Notes: generated by a model from the sequence alone, not told the origin. A stretch of DNA of 45,817 nucleotides from an uncultured Deferribacteres bacterium (GCA_964014485.1 CAXHAT010000042.1:1-45817), one strand, 5' to 3'. Shown: positions 9,301 to 19,146, counted from the first letter of the stretch. Numbers and translations: made by a program.

Positions 9301-9604
9301 TTTTCGAAGTCGTCAAACGCTTTTGGATGACTTTGCTGAATTATGGGGCGCAAGAAATGTTACGAATCTATCGGAATTACACAAAGCGATTTGGAATCAT
9401 TGGGAAAGAATTCAAGGCAAGAAAAGCGCAAAGTGGAGCAAGTTCTACAATCTGGGAGAAGAGGTTGTCAGGTGAAACTATATCTTTGGTTGATCAAGGG
9501 CGGGGCAATTTTTTGAGAAGGAATAACGCAGCCCTTAGAGATGGTCTTTGTGATGAGAGCAAGATATCGCGAGAAGCGCGAGTGCGAAGAATTTCTTCAT
9601 CAGG

Positions 9605-10417
9605 TTAGTTTTTTATCCTGGAATTGTGAGAATACGGCGTGACATAATCTGTCAGGATTTTGACCCAAAGTTTATACCCCGCCTCGCTTAGATGGACGCC
9701 GTCGGTGGTGTAAATTTTGTCCAAATTTCCTTCGCCGTCGACAAAGGCTGAGTGAAGGTCGATGACCTCATGCCCGCTGCTGCGTTTGAGAAGCTCATTA
9801 ATTTCGTTGATCTGCCGATTCAATGGAACAGCATGCTCAGGGAACCAGCCTTTTTCTTTGAAATAAATCTCTTTGTTCACCGGCAGCAGTGTTTGAATAA
9901 AAACGCTCGTCTCTGGTAAGTGACTTGTTATTTCCTGGGCAATACAAATGATGTTCTGCGCGACGTATTGGGTGGTGATTTCCTGCCGGTTGGGGTGGTC
10001 GGCATTAAAAATGTCGTTGACGCCGATGAGGAGGAAGACGGCCTTGGGCTGGTAGTGAAATATTTCTCCAAGACGCACCAACACGCCTTCGGTAATGTCG
10101 CCTGAGATTCCTCGGTTTATTATAAAGTTAACCCCGAATCGCTCGCCCCAATCTCCTCCGCCTTCGGTGAGGCTGTTCCCCAACAAAACGACCTTGTCTT
10201 TGCCGATAGGCTCCTTTTTGAATTGCTCAATTCTTTTGGTATAAAGCGCTTTTTGCCAGTCTACCTGATACTTGATGCGCGTTTCTTGGGCAGGGTAGAG
10301 GTCAAGTTGTGCGGCAGGTTTTCTGTCGCAAGAACACAAGATCAAAAGAACGGCAAGAACGCAGACGCCGCGCAGAAAAGATGAATTCGGGAAGTGATGG
10401 GAGAGTCGGCAATTCAT
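9605..10417 (-). CDS. SGNH/GDSL esterase lipoprotein
   Basis: Blocks GNSLT, NRGISGD, GVND and DGVH; lipoprotein-like signal LCSC. Confidence 0.88.
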   Translation of the reverse strand: MNCRLSHHFPNSSFLRGVCVLAVLLILCSCDRKPAAQLDLYPAQETRIKYQVDWQKALYTKRIEQFKKEPIGKDKVVLLGNSLTEGGGDWGERFGVNFIINRGISGDITEGVLVRLGEIFHYQPKAVFLLIGVNDIFNADHPNRQEITTQYVAQNIICIAQEITSHLPETSVFIQTLLPVNKEIYFKEKGWFPEHAVPLNRQINEINELLKRSSGHEVIDLHSAFVDGEGNLDKIYTTDGVHLSEAGYKLWVKILTDYVTPYSHNSRIKN

Positions 10418-10423
10418 GACTAA

Positions 10424-10654
10424 CTGATGTTACGCACTGTCTAAAATGGAGTTTTCTACTGTGCTTTTTACACAGACTGAGATCTGCAGTTTGAAGCTAA
10501 AACCGCCCGAACCCCGGAACGTTTGTTTCAGTCATTCCCGCAGAGGCGGGAATCCAGTGGGTGGGCGCCATTTTCTGGATTCCCGCCTCCGCGGGAATGA
10601 CGTAGCGGCAAAGCTTTTTGAATCGCTACGTTCTTGGGCGGAGCGTAACATCAG
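10424..10654. mobile_element. 231-bp MITE with 12-bp perfect TIRs and 7-bp flanking direct repeat
   Basis: CTGATGTTACGC...GCGTAACATCAG; TGACTAA at 10417-10423 and 10655-10661. Confidence 0.75.
10531..10601. repeat. dRS3/RPE-like double palindrome nested in the MITE
   Basis: GTCATTCCCGCAGAGGCGGGAATCCAG...CTGGATTCCCGCCTCCGCGGGAATGAC; each arm is ATTCCC-N8-GGGAAT. Confidence 0.8.
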
Positions 10655-13575
10655 TGACTAAATGAATAACGGAATCCTAAATCAATCGTGCTGCCGTAAT
10701 GCTGCACCAATCCGAGCGCGCGGGTTTGATCCAGGAAGCTGTTGCTGTCAACAGTCCCCGAAATGTTGCTGACGTTGAGATAGGCGTTCAAGCCTTGTAC
10801 CGGCAGCGCCTGCTTGATGGACAAGTCCCACCTTCTGTAGCCGTCGGTCGATTGCCGCAATTCAGGCCAAAAATTTGTTTGCCGAAAAACGTCGGAGCGG
10901 TAGAGCATGGAAAGCCGGGAAGAGAATCCTTTGTAGTCATAGCCCAGCGAAAAATTCATGACTTCATTTGGCTGATCAATCAGACGAGCGACATAAGAAG
11001 TGTCGATGTTTGTTCCGACGACCTGGAGAGGCGGGCCAAAATCAATTTCGAATTCAACAACGGTACGCGGATATTTTACTTCAGATCGCGTGACGGTGTA
11101 GTTGGCGTTCAAAACCAACCCCTTCAAGAAGCCGGGCAGAAACCACAATCTGGTTTGATAGTCGAGTTCGAGACCGCGAAGTTGTATGCTGTTTGGGTTG
11201 TTAGAAGTGTAGTTCTGGATATAATATTTGTGGGCGTCTTCGGGGAGATCATAAACAAGAGGATCCTCAATGTATCTCCGGCCGCTCGAATAGATCAGAC
11301 CATCGATGTCTTTCTCAAAATAACCCGCACTTAACCAGCCAATGTGATTCTGATTAATTGAAACGGTAACGTCGATATTTTTCGATAGAGCAGGCTCCAG
11401 GTTGGCGTCCCTGTAGTCAACACTGGCGCCGTTGCCGATAACATTGTAAAGCGGAATGATGTCGGCGTAGTTCGGGCGGGTCAGTGTCTCGGTGCGAGCG
11501 AAACGCGTTTCCAGCCAGTTGAAGGGTCTGAATCGTAGAAAGAGCGCTGGCAGCACGTAATCATTCTTCCGGTCATGGCTGTAAAGTTCGTACCCCTGAA
11601 AGGTGAAATGCGGCAAAACGTTTTGGTAGCCTCTCTGCGCCTCATAGGTGGTCTTGTTCTTTTCCTTCCGCACGCCGGCGATCATATTTAGCTTCGAGCC
11701 AATATCGAGATCAAGCATGAAGTAGGAAGCGGTGTAGTTTTCCTCGCCTGCGTAATCGTAAAGCCTGGAATTGGTTTCGTGGAAGCGGTGCATGACCTGC
11801 TCGTGGTAGGGCGCGTAGTTGTAATTTTCCCTGAGAAAATAAAAGATTTCCTCGAGAAAATCGATGTCTGCAAACGGCCCCAAGGTGTAGTCGCCGTTCA
11901 GGAACTCGCCCGGCTCATAACCGTTTTCCAAAAAAGTCAGGTAGGTCAGGCGCGTCTGCCCGAAATCGGAATATTCATCGATCCGCGGGAAAGTTGCCAC
12001 CAGCGAGTCTCTCACATGCGGCACGCCGACGTAGGTGATCGGCGCGTATTCGTAATTTCGGTCAAAATTGCGCGACTTTTTACGAATCTTGGCGCCGGTC
12101 TTTATCCTGCCGGAGAGTTTGTTGAATAATCTGAATTTGTACCCTAGATCAAGGCGGTAGGTGTTTTCCGTCTCTTTGTTTGAATCGTCGTTAAACGTGT
12201 ACTGGTTGAAGTACGTAGCGCCCGTATCATTGCTGGTTATGTTCTGAATATTGGTTATGCTAACGTCATGGATAGACTGCGTATATGCTTGATTTTCATG
12301 GAATTGAAACAGGAGCATGTCCGTCGCCTGCCTCGATTCCGAAACGGAAGCCGCCGCGTCAACGAAGAGCTTTGAGAATAGTGTTTGCGTATATTCCAGG
12401 ATGTGCGTTTTGACCCTGATTTCCGTATTGCCTCGTCCGGTATAATAATCCCGGGCGTTAACGCCGAGAGAATACAATTCGTAGTGCGGACTTATATTTT
12501 TGTCAATCGAGCTGTTGAGATGGCTGTATCGGACGTTGCCGTCGGGAACGTTGACGTCTGCCACAAAAAGCCCGTTCGTGCGGTCGTTTAAACGCGTGTA
12601 ATCATACAAGCCGAGCCCGGTCGTACGCAAGGCATTGACCGAATCTAGTTGGGCGTTCGGATTGTTATACGATGCGGTCAATTCCTGGGAGCTTCTGTTG
12701 CGATTTTCAAGATCGACGAGACCAAATAAACCGATGCGGTCGCCCCAGAAGCGCAACCCGACGTCAACAACAAATTTATTGTCTTTGTAGGTGTCTTTGA
12801 GACCGTTGTGCATCCCTTGAACGAGGGCGTTCGCATTAAAGCCCGGCTTCGCTTTTTTTAGTTTAAAATTTACCGTTCCGCCAAGCACATCCGCGTCCTG
12901 ATCCGGCGTTCCGGCTTTGGTCACCTCAATGCCTTCGAGCATGTACTGAGAAACCATGCTGAGGTCGGTGCTGCGGTCAGAAGAATCCGTAGCCGCTAGA
13001 CGCACGCCGTCCACGGTTACTGCATTGTATTTCGGAGACAAGCCCCTGATCACCACCTTGTTGCCTTCGCCGCCTTCGCGCTGGACGGTAACGCCCGGAA
13101 TTCTTGCCACGGATTCAGCGGCGTTCGCATCAGGCAGTTCTTCAATTCTGTCTGAAGAAACGATATTCACCAATGATTTGGACGCAAGTTGTCTGTTAAT
13201 CGCGTCCATCTGGCCTTTTGCCTGCGCGGTAACAACAACTTCCTCCCCTGCTACAGTGGTATAGCTCAGCTTAAACTCCCTAACCAAATCGGCGTCTCCC
13301 GTAACCACCACCGTATCCGTTGACGTTTTGTAACCAATATAATCCGCTCTGATGACGTAGGTCCCGGGTTTTACGTTGGGGATGACATAGCGCCCTTTAT
13401 TATTTGCAGCGGAGCCGAGACTTGTGCCAACAAGGAATACATTGGCTCCAACCAGAGGTTCGCCGTTGGCTTTGTCCAGCACAGAACCGGATATTTTCAC
13501 GGACTGCCCATAAACGAATGTCGCGCTGAGTAAAAGCGCCAACAACGTGAAATGTCGGATAGATTGGCTGTTCAT
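10651..13575 (-). CDS. TonB-dependent receptor with N-terminal carboxypeptidase-regulatory-like domain
   Basis: GEPLVGANV...YIGY N-domain; plug LPDANAAES..RIPGV, VVIRGL and IEVTKA; barrel-type C-terminus LGFRYSF(SH). Confidence 0.93.
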   Translation of the reverse strand: MNSQSIRHFTLLALLLSATFVYGQSVKISGSVLDKANGEPLVGANVFLVGTSLGSAANNKGRYVIPNVKPGTYVIRADYIGYKTSTDTVVVTGDADLVREFKLSYTTVAGEEVVVTAQAKGQMDAINRQLASKSLVNIVSSDRIEELPDANAAESVARIPGVTVQREGGEGNKVVIRGLSPKYNAVTVDGVRLAATDSSDRSTDLSMVSQYMLEGIEVTKAGTPDQDADVLGGTVNFKLKKAKPGFNANALVQGMHNGLKDTYKDNKFVVDVGLRFWGDRIGLFGLVDLENRNRSSQELTASYNNPNAQLDSVNALRTTGLGLYDYTRLNDRTNGLFVADVNVPDGNVRYSHLNSSIDKNISPHYELYSLGVNARDYYTGRGNTEIRVKTHILEYTQTLFSKLFVDAAASVSESRQATDMLLFQFHENQAYTQSIHDVSITNIQNITSNDTGATYFNQYTFNDDSNKETENTYRLDLGYKFRLFNKLSGRIKTGAKIRKKSRNFDRNYEYAPITYVGVPHVRDSLVATFPRIDEYSDFGQTRLTYLTFLENGYEPGEFLNGDYTLGPFADIDFLEEIFYFLRENYNYAPYHEQVMHRFHETNSRLYDYAGEENYTASYFMLDLDIGSKLNMIAGVRKEKNKTTYEAQRGYQNVLPHFTFQGYELYSHDRKNDYVLPALFLRFRPFNWLETRFARTETLTRPNYADIIPLYNVIGNGASVDYRDANLEPALSKNIDVTVSINQNHIGWLSAGYFEKDIDGLIYSSGRRYIEDPLVYDLPEDAHKYYIQNYTSNNPNSIQLRGLELDYQTRLWFLPGFLKGLVLNANYTVTRSEVKYPRTVVEFEIDFGPPLQVVGTNIDTSYVARLIDQPNEVMNFSLGYDYKGFSSRLSMLYRSDVFRQTNFWPELRQSTDGYRRWDLSIKQALPVQGLNAYLNVSNISGTVDSNSFLDQTRALGLVQHYGSTIDLGFRYSFSH

Positions 13576-13601
13576 AGGATTAATTTTTCGGGTTGGGAGA
13601 T

Positions 13602-14006
13602 TCAGGTTTTGATTCCAAGAGCTTTCAGTTCTTCTCGCTTCTGTATCAACTCCTGGTTACGGTCGCATTTGGTCGTCATAAACATTTCACTGCCGAACTT
13701 TGTCAGGCAATATTGTTGTACGCCGTGCCATTTTTTTAGTAAGGATTTCATCTCTTTAGCAGCGTCGGCGTCTTTTTGATATTCTTCAATATTAGCGTAC
13801 TGCTTTCGAAGAACTATGGCGTCGTCCAATGCGCCAATGGCGGATTCGAAGCAATCACAGACTGACTTGAGCTCCGAAAAGCCGTCATCCTGGCCTTTGG
13901 CGACAACGTGACTCGGCTCGGCGGCAGGTTCTGACTCAGACGATTCTGAGCATTGAAAAAGGAAAAGGCAGGAAAGAATAATTCCACAGTAGACTAAATT
14001 TTTCAA
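13602..14006 (-). CDS. Small Cys-containing hypothetical lipoprotein
   Basis: TTG start after GAGAG; signal peptide ending LFQC; four Cys in the mature part. Confidence 0.7.
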   Translation of the reverse strand: MKNLVYCGIILSCLFLFQCSESSESEPAAEPSHVVAKGQDDGFSELKSVCDCFESAIGALDDAIVLRKQYANIEEYQKDADAAKEMKSLLKKWHGVQQYCLTKFGSEMFMTTKCDRNQELIQKREELKALGIKT

Positions 14007-14027
14007 TTCACTCTCTCAGTGTTTTAA

Positions 14028-14145
14028 GGCTGTGTCAAAACACAAAATCTTCAAAGTGCCGCACAACATATGTCGTAGGGGTTCAAAATCTTGAACCCCT
14101 ACATGTAGCATGCTTTTCAGTCAGAAACCATGTTGTTGGACAGCC
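14028..14145. mobile_element. MITE-like element, copy 2 (hairpin 14075-14102)
   Basis: GGCTGTGTCAAAACAC...CATGTTGTTGGACAGCC; core GTAGGGGTTCAAAATCTTGAACCCCTAC. Confidence 0.7.
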
Positions 14146-14266
14146 CCGACTTAAGAACCCAAGTGTGTGCAAGCAATATTGTAAAGAAAACTATCGGAAG
14201 TATTTTCTTGTTTCCAATCCGGCCAAATGGCATCCGCTTGTAAGGCTACGCGCTTTGCACATGGTT

Positions 14267-14294
14267 GTAGAGACGCGATGCATCGCGTCTCTAC
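14267..14294. repeat. GTAG-type REP, perfect 28-bp palindrome
   Basis: GTAGAGACGCGATG|CATCGCGTCTCTAC, 12 nt downstream of the stop of the 14307-16031 gene. Confidence 0.8.
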
Positions 14295-14306
14295 GATAAT
14301 ATGACA

Positions 14307-16031
14307 CTATTTCATTAAAGTCATCTTCTTAGTCGCGGTTCTGCTCTCGTTGCTAAGCGTGTAGACGTAGACGCCTGAAGGAACTGCATTGCCAAGATTG
14401 TCTCTGCCGTCCCATGTATAATTATGAGAACCGGCAAGCAAGGATTCTTCGACGAGAACCCTGACCGTCTGGCCAAGAATGTTGTGGATCGTCAGGCGAA
14501 CCTCGGAGCTTTGGTCGATTGTGAAGGAAATCTCCGTAGACGGGTTAAACGGGTTCGGATAATTCTGCTCAAGGGTGAACTCGCTCGGCAGAATGTTGTT
14601 GTCGCCTACGCTTGTCGTCGTCGGCATCCACCTTGGATCGCCGACGGGACCGCCTGTCATACTCGCGGTTGCGGCAGGCGAATTGGCTGCATAGCTCAGG
14701 TCTTCGTGGATAGGCCATTCTACGTTTGTCGGGTTGTTGTCATGTTCGTACTGCCACCACTCGTCGGTGTAGGTCTGCATGTCGTTGTCGTCTCTGAAGT
14801 CCCAGATGCGTGGAATGATAGAATTGATGTATTCAGTAGATAGATTCAAAGTAGCGGTTGTTTGAACGTTGCTGAATTCTCTAATTGTCGGATCGCCTTC
14901 CATGATCGCCTTTGTTGTATCGCCGATCCACTTGTATTGATCTGCGAGTGCGAACATGGTGTCATAAACTGTAGAGTCCTGCCCCATAGAACCTTCGACA
15001 GTCCACTGCCACGGCGGAGTTTGCCAGAAGTTTAAAACCGCTTGATCACTCGCCCAAGCATTGTTGTTGTAGGTGATGTTTCTGTTCTCATGATCCCAGC
15101 CTCTTCCGGCTGCTACGGTTGCGCTGTCCGCCTCGCCCTGCGAAAGAACGGCCATTACGCCCTGTCCGCTTTCAACGCCGCCCCAGAGGCCGACGTAATT
15201 GGATGACTGTCCGTAAATCTTGGTATTATAGAACAGGTTGTTGGAAAAAGTCATGTTATTTTGGCCGCGATAAAAACAGACGCCCATGACAATATTTGCA
15301 AAAGTATTGTGATCCACCAGGCCGTACTTGACCTGATCATAAATCACCATCGCCTCGCCGAACTGATTCATGATGCTGCTGTTGGTTACCACAAGCGAAT
15401 CGATGGTTCCCATCCAGGAGCCGCCGCCCCAGGCAAAACCGTTAAAAAAAACGCCGCCAGGGTAAGACGGGCAAGCTTTCACGATGCTGTTATTGAAATA
15501 GAAGTCTGAGTTGACGCCAAAAGTCGCAAAAGTCATCTGGTAGTCTGACCAGACATTGTTTTCGACGACAACTTTCTGATCTGCGCCCCGGGGGACTGCG
15601 ATAGCCCAAAGGTGCGTACTCTGATCGGCAAATGCGCCGTTGAAGAGCAGATTTTCCAAATCAAGGGAAGCGTTATCGCCAAACAATTGGAAGTTTGACG
15701 GCGGCCAATCGACAAAAGCCGATAATCCGTCACTCCCGGGCAAAGGCTGCACGGTGGCGGGAAATTCTCCGTCGGCAGGTTCTTGCCCGCGAACTGTGAA
15801 GCTGCTGTTCACGGCAATTGAATGAATTTGCAAGTAGACGCGATTTGCTTCGAGCACATAGACGTCGTGCGCTTGCGTGCCGTCAGCCAGGGTATCGGCG
15901 GTAATCGTATTCTCAAATTCGCCGGGCGTGCCAGTCCAGGTAATTAAAAGCTCGCTTTGCGCCAAAAGTGCGGTTGGAAGAGCCGCCATCAAAACTAATG
16001 CGCATTTGAAGAATGATAACGATTTTGACAT
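14307..16031 (-). CDS. Secreted protein with probable beta-helix region and T9SS type A/FlgD-like C-terminal domain
   Basis: Signal peptide; Asn-rich repeats (DHNTF, SNNLF, NNNAW); VGDPRW; LEQNYPNPFNPST...WDG...SGVYVY...KKMTLMK; RBS AGGAG. Confidence 0.88.
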   Translation of the reverse strand: MSKSLSFFKCALVLMAALPTALLAQSELLITWTGTPGEFENTITADTLADGTQAHDVYVLEANRVYLQIHSIAVNSSFTVRGQEPADGEFPATVQPLPGSDGLSAFVDWPPSNFQLFGDNASLDLENLLFNGAFADQSTHLWAIAVPRGADQKVVVENNVWSDYQMTFATFGVNSDFYFNNSIVKACPSYPGGVFFNGFAWGGGSWMGTIDSLVVTNSSIMNQFGEAMVIYDQVKYGLVDHNTFANIVMGVCFYRGQNNMTFSNNLFYNTKIYGQSSNYVGLWGGVESGQGVMAVLSQGEADSATVAAGRGWDHENRNITYNNNAWASDQAVLNFWQTPPWQWTVEGSMGQDSTVYDTMFALADQYKWIGDTTKAIMEGDPTIREFSNVQTTATLNLSTEYINSIIPRIWDFRDDNDMQTYTDEWWQYEHDNNPTNVEWPIHEDLSYAANSPAATASMTGGPVGDPRWMPTTTSVGDNNILPSEFTLEQNYPNPFNPSTEISFTIDQSSEVRLTIHNILGQTVRVLVEESLLAGSHNYTWDGRDNLGNAVPSGVYVYTLSNESRTATKKMTLMK

Positions 16032-16604
16032 GGTAATCTCCTGAGTGTTAAGTAAAAAATGAACATGAGCTAATGACTTTTTTAGGTGAGTTTACCGATT
16101 TTTTGAGGGCTGGCCCTTGCTCTGCAAGCGCCGGCTGGGATTTCAGCGACAACGCCATAGCCTTCCAAGCTGCAGGCTGAAAACATGATTGCGCGTTCAA
16201 GACAAGCTCCGCCCTTGCTCGTACGGCGAACTGAGGCGGCGTTCCGGCTGACTTCAGATGCGTCCGCCGGATACGTGGCTAATGGAGCCGTTCCAATCAA
16301 CAAGGTTTGTCTTTGCATATTCGCGCCCTGTTTGTTGCGGTAGCAGTATAACTGCCAGATATGGAATAAAACGTTCTTGTTTTATCGAGAATTTGAGAAG
16401 ATCATAAATGCAGGTAATAAGCGAGTTACAAGTTTTAGATCGTTCTGCATGTAAATGTTGGCGTCGTACGCTCAAAAGTGCTTCGAATATCTGGAGTGCC
16501 GAGGCGAATGAAGCTCTGTTCGTCTCTTCAGGTTTTACGAGCGTTTGCGGTCTGGGACCAACTAATTGCTGCGAGAATCAAGATGAAGTAAAGAGCATTT
16601 TCGC

Positions 16605-16633
16605 TTAGTTTCTTGTTTAAGACAACAAACTAA
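16605..16633. promoter_or_regulatory. Putative ROK/XylR-type operator 1
   Basis: TTAGTTTCTTGTTT-A-AGACAACAAACTAA, 12/14 dyad symmetry, covering the predicted transcription start. Confidence 0.7.
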
Positions 16634-16636
16634 ACA

Positions 16637-16665
16637 ATTGTAAGTGCAGAATGAGAGATTGTCAA
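16637..16665 (-). promoter_or_regulatory. Sigma70-type promoter of the glycan-uptake locus
   Basis: Minus strand TTGACA (16665-16660), 17-nt spacer, TACAAT (16642-16637). Confidence 0.75.
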
Positions 16666-16733
16666 GAACATTTCATACGAATTTGTAAAAGTGGTGAATT
16701 TGTCGCTTTTCCCCCAGGCCCGAAGCCTTGTAT

Positions 16734-17444
16734 TTATTGCTTTTGGACTTGTTGCAATGTCTTTAGCAGTACGCGCTCCATCACTTCATAGCCGGCGGGG
16801 TTGGGGTGGACTAAATCTTCGGCCGTGGTGAACTCAGGCACTTTCAAGCCGCCTTCCTGGTCAACCATAGCTGAATAATAATCAACGTAAGGGAATCCTT
16901 TGACTTGAGCGAACTCTTTGATGCGCCGGTTCAGCTCAACAACCTTTGGTGCGGGCTCCAAGCCTCTGCTCCAGGGGAAGTCGATGGCGGGCAAAACTGA
17001 ACAAACAACGACTTTTATACCGTGATAATCCGCCAATTCAGCCATTGTCTTGATGTTGGCGATGATGTCCGGTATGGCGACGGGGCCGCTGTTTCGGGCA
17101 ATGTCATTGATGCCGGCGAGAATCACAACGATCCTTGGCTTCAGCTCAATAACGTCAGCGCGAAAACGCAGCAACATTTGGTGCGTCACTTGACCGCCTA
17201 TTCCGCGACAGACGACTTGACCGTCTGCAAAAAAGGCCGGACGATGAATTTTCCACCCTTCAGTAATTGAATCCCCCATCAAAACAATCCGATTTTCGTT
17301 TTTTGAATTTGTGCTAAGTGTCACGTTTTCTTCCTCATACCTTGCAAGGTTAATGTACTGGATAATACTGAACGGTTGCTGCCCGAACAGCGGCGAACTC
17401 ATAACAAAAAGCAGGAAAACCGCATAAACTGGTCTCGTCATCAT
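16734..17444 (-). CDS. SGNH/GDSL hydrolase
   Basis: GDSIT, RGIGGQ, AGIND and DLVHPN blocks; signal peptide. Confidence 0.9.
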   Translation of the reverse strand: MMTRPVYAVFLLFVMSSPLFGQQPFSIIQYINLARYEEENVTLSTNSKNENRIVLMGDSITEGWKIHRPAFFADGQVVCRGIGGQVTHQMLLRFRADVIELKPRIVVILAGINDIARNSGPVAIPDIIANIKTMAELADYHGIKVVVCSVLPAIDFPWSRGLEPAPKVVELNRRIKEFAQVKGFPYVDYYSAMVDQEGGLKVPEFTTAEDLVHPNPAGYEVMERVLLKTLQQVQKQ

Positions 17445-17637
17445 CGCTTTCTCCGTCTTGTTTATACGAAAATTGTCGGTTTGTTTGCAGCTTGGCGATA
17501 GTTAGGCGCTGAGATGTAGAAACTATGGCGGTTCTCAGAGATTTGGTCCGATGAGTTTTCTGCGCTGCTCAATTTCAGGCCAAGATTGTTTAATGCTAAT
17601 CACCGAAGCGTGAGGGGCAGAGCTTTTGGGCAAGCTC

Positions 17638-18864
17638 TCATTCGAAGTACGAACTAATGGAGTTTGAAATAACGCTCGGCATTTGAAATATGTCATTCAG
17701 GATAATGGCTGCCGCGCCGATGCTTACGGAGTAACGGCCGTGGAATCCGGATTCAACAAGCAGGTTCGAGCTGGTTGCATGGTGCACGTCTAGTTCTATG
17801 GCGGATTTGATTGGCTCGGTGATCAAATCGTTTAATTCCGCAACTTCACCTTGAATAATCAGCTTTTCAGGGTTGATGAGGCTTATGGCGCAAGACATCT
17901 TGCGCCCGATTTGATACCCCAGCTTTCTAAAATAATCTATTGCGAACTTGTCCTTTTTCTTGGCTGCGTCAACCAAAAAACGAATATTCAGTTTTTCCAA
18001 CGCATTCACGTAATTTTTGAGAATATGGCCTTCGGCGAGGCGATTTCTGTGTGATCGCAATTCCATATCAAGGGGGATAAGGCGTACGTTCGTTTCCCCT
18101 GCGGCGAAATTGGCCCCTTTGAAAATTTCATTCTTCAAGACAATCCCGACGCCGAGCCCTCCAATTCCGCGATCCAGGTACACGACGGCAATGATAAAAT
18201 TCTCGACGCCTCTGCCTCTCCCAAGCCACTTTTCTCCCATAGCCGCAGCATTGGCATTGTTCTCAATAAAGACGGGGAAATCGTAATGTTCTTCCAGCAT
18301 CGCTCGCAACGGGACGCCTGAATGCGATAATGAGTCGCTCATTTCAATCCTGCCCTTGTCGGAATCGACGATGCCTGCTATGCCGACGCCCAGGCCGAGA
18401 ATCTTGGATAAATCAACGCCTTTCGCTTTCGAAAGGTCGCTCACTGCGTGCATTGCCAGGTCAGATAAATCGTTTGGTATAAGCATTGGCCGATTGCTGT
18501 AGACATTCTTCTGGACCATGTTCCCTTCTAAATCCAGCAGAACTCCCACAGCATGATCAGTGCCGAGCTCAACTCCTACAGTATAGCCGACCTTGCTGTT
18601 CAGGCTCCACAAGAACGGGCGTTTACCGCCTTTATTTGTAGATTCCCCCTTCCCCCGGTTTAAAATCAGAGATTTTGATTCGAGTAATTTCAACAGCTTG
18701 GCGATTGTCGACGGGCGCATGCCCGTAGCTTTTGCAAGATCAGCGCCAGAGATAAGCTTGTTTTCTCTAATCAGGTTTAGGACAACCCGCTCATTGATGT
18801 TTTTGATGAGACGAATGTCGCCGGTTTGCATGGCTCCGGTGTGTTGGATTGACTGCTGATTCAT
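17638..18864 (-). CDS. ROK-family transcriptional repressor (XylR/NagC-like)
   Basis: N-terminal HTH (SGADLAKATGM, GGKRP); ROK core GLGVGIAGIVD, IENNANAAAMGE and GAN..AGE. Confidence 0.92.
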   Translation of the reverse strand: MNQQSIQHTGAMQTGDIRLIKNINERVVLNLIRENKLISGADLAKATGMRPSTIAKLLKLLESKSLILNRGKGESTNKGGKRPFLWSLNSKVGYTVGVELGTDHAVGVLLDLEGNMVQKNVYSNRPMLIPNDLSDLAMHAVSDLSKAKGVDLSKILGLGVGIAGIVDSDKGRIEMSDSLSHSGVPLRAMLEEHYDFPVFIENNANAAAMGEKWLGRGRGVENFIIAVVYLDRGIGGLGVGIVLKNEIFKGANFAAGETNVRLIPLDMELRSHRNRLAEGHILKNYVNALEKLNIRFLVDAAKKKDKFAIDYFRKLGYQIGRKMSCAISLINPEKLIIQGEVAELNDLITEPIKSAIELDVHHATSSNLLVESGFHGRYSVSIGAAAIILNDIFQMPSVISNSISSYFE

Positions 18865-19146
18865 CTGAAATATTTCTGGATATTTTGTTGTGATCGGTCC
18901 CAGGCGCTGTTTAAGGCCTGTAATTCACTTTGCAATTTCATAGCCTGGCACTTGCGAACTGCTACTTTTAGCCGACGAGAAGTCCCATTTTATCATTCTG
19001 AAGGAATCTTTGTTAGCGTCCGGCGATCTTTCGCACTCAAAGTTCAGGAGTTAGATCAAGAAAGACGCCTCCAGTATGACAATTCTGGATTTTTTCACCA
19101 GTTTCAGAAGTCTGGACAAAAAGCGTCAGGTAATGAATCTGTAATT

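Noticed and set aside
9327..9608. 93-aa plus-strand ORF between GH78 and the esterase
   Set aside because: No recognisable motif or RBS and opposite to the locus orientation; cannot be supported.
10446..10661. 71-aa ORF containing HSRRGGNP and LDSRLRGND
   Set aside because: These are translations of the dRS3/RPE-like palindrome inside the MITE.
18946..18960. TGGCAC followed by TTGC as a sigma-54 promoter
   Set aside because: The required 5-nt spacing between TGGCAC and TTGC is absent.
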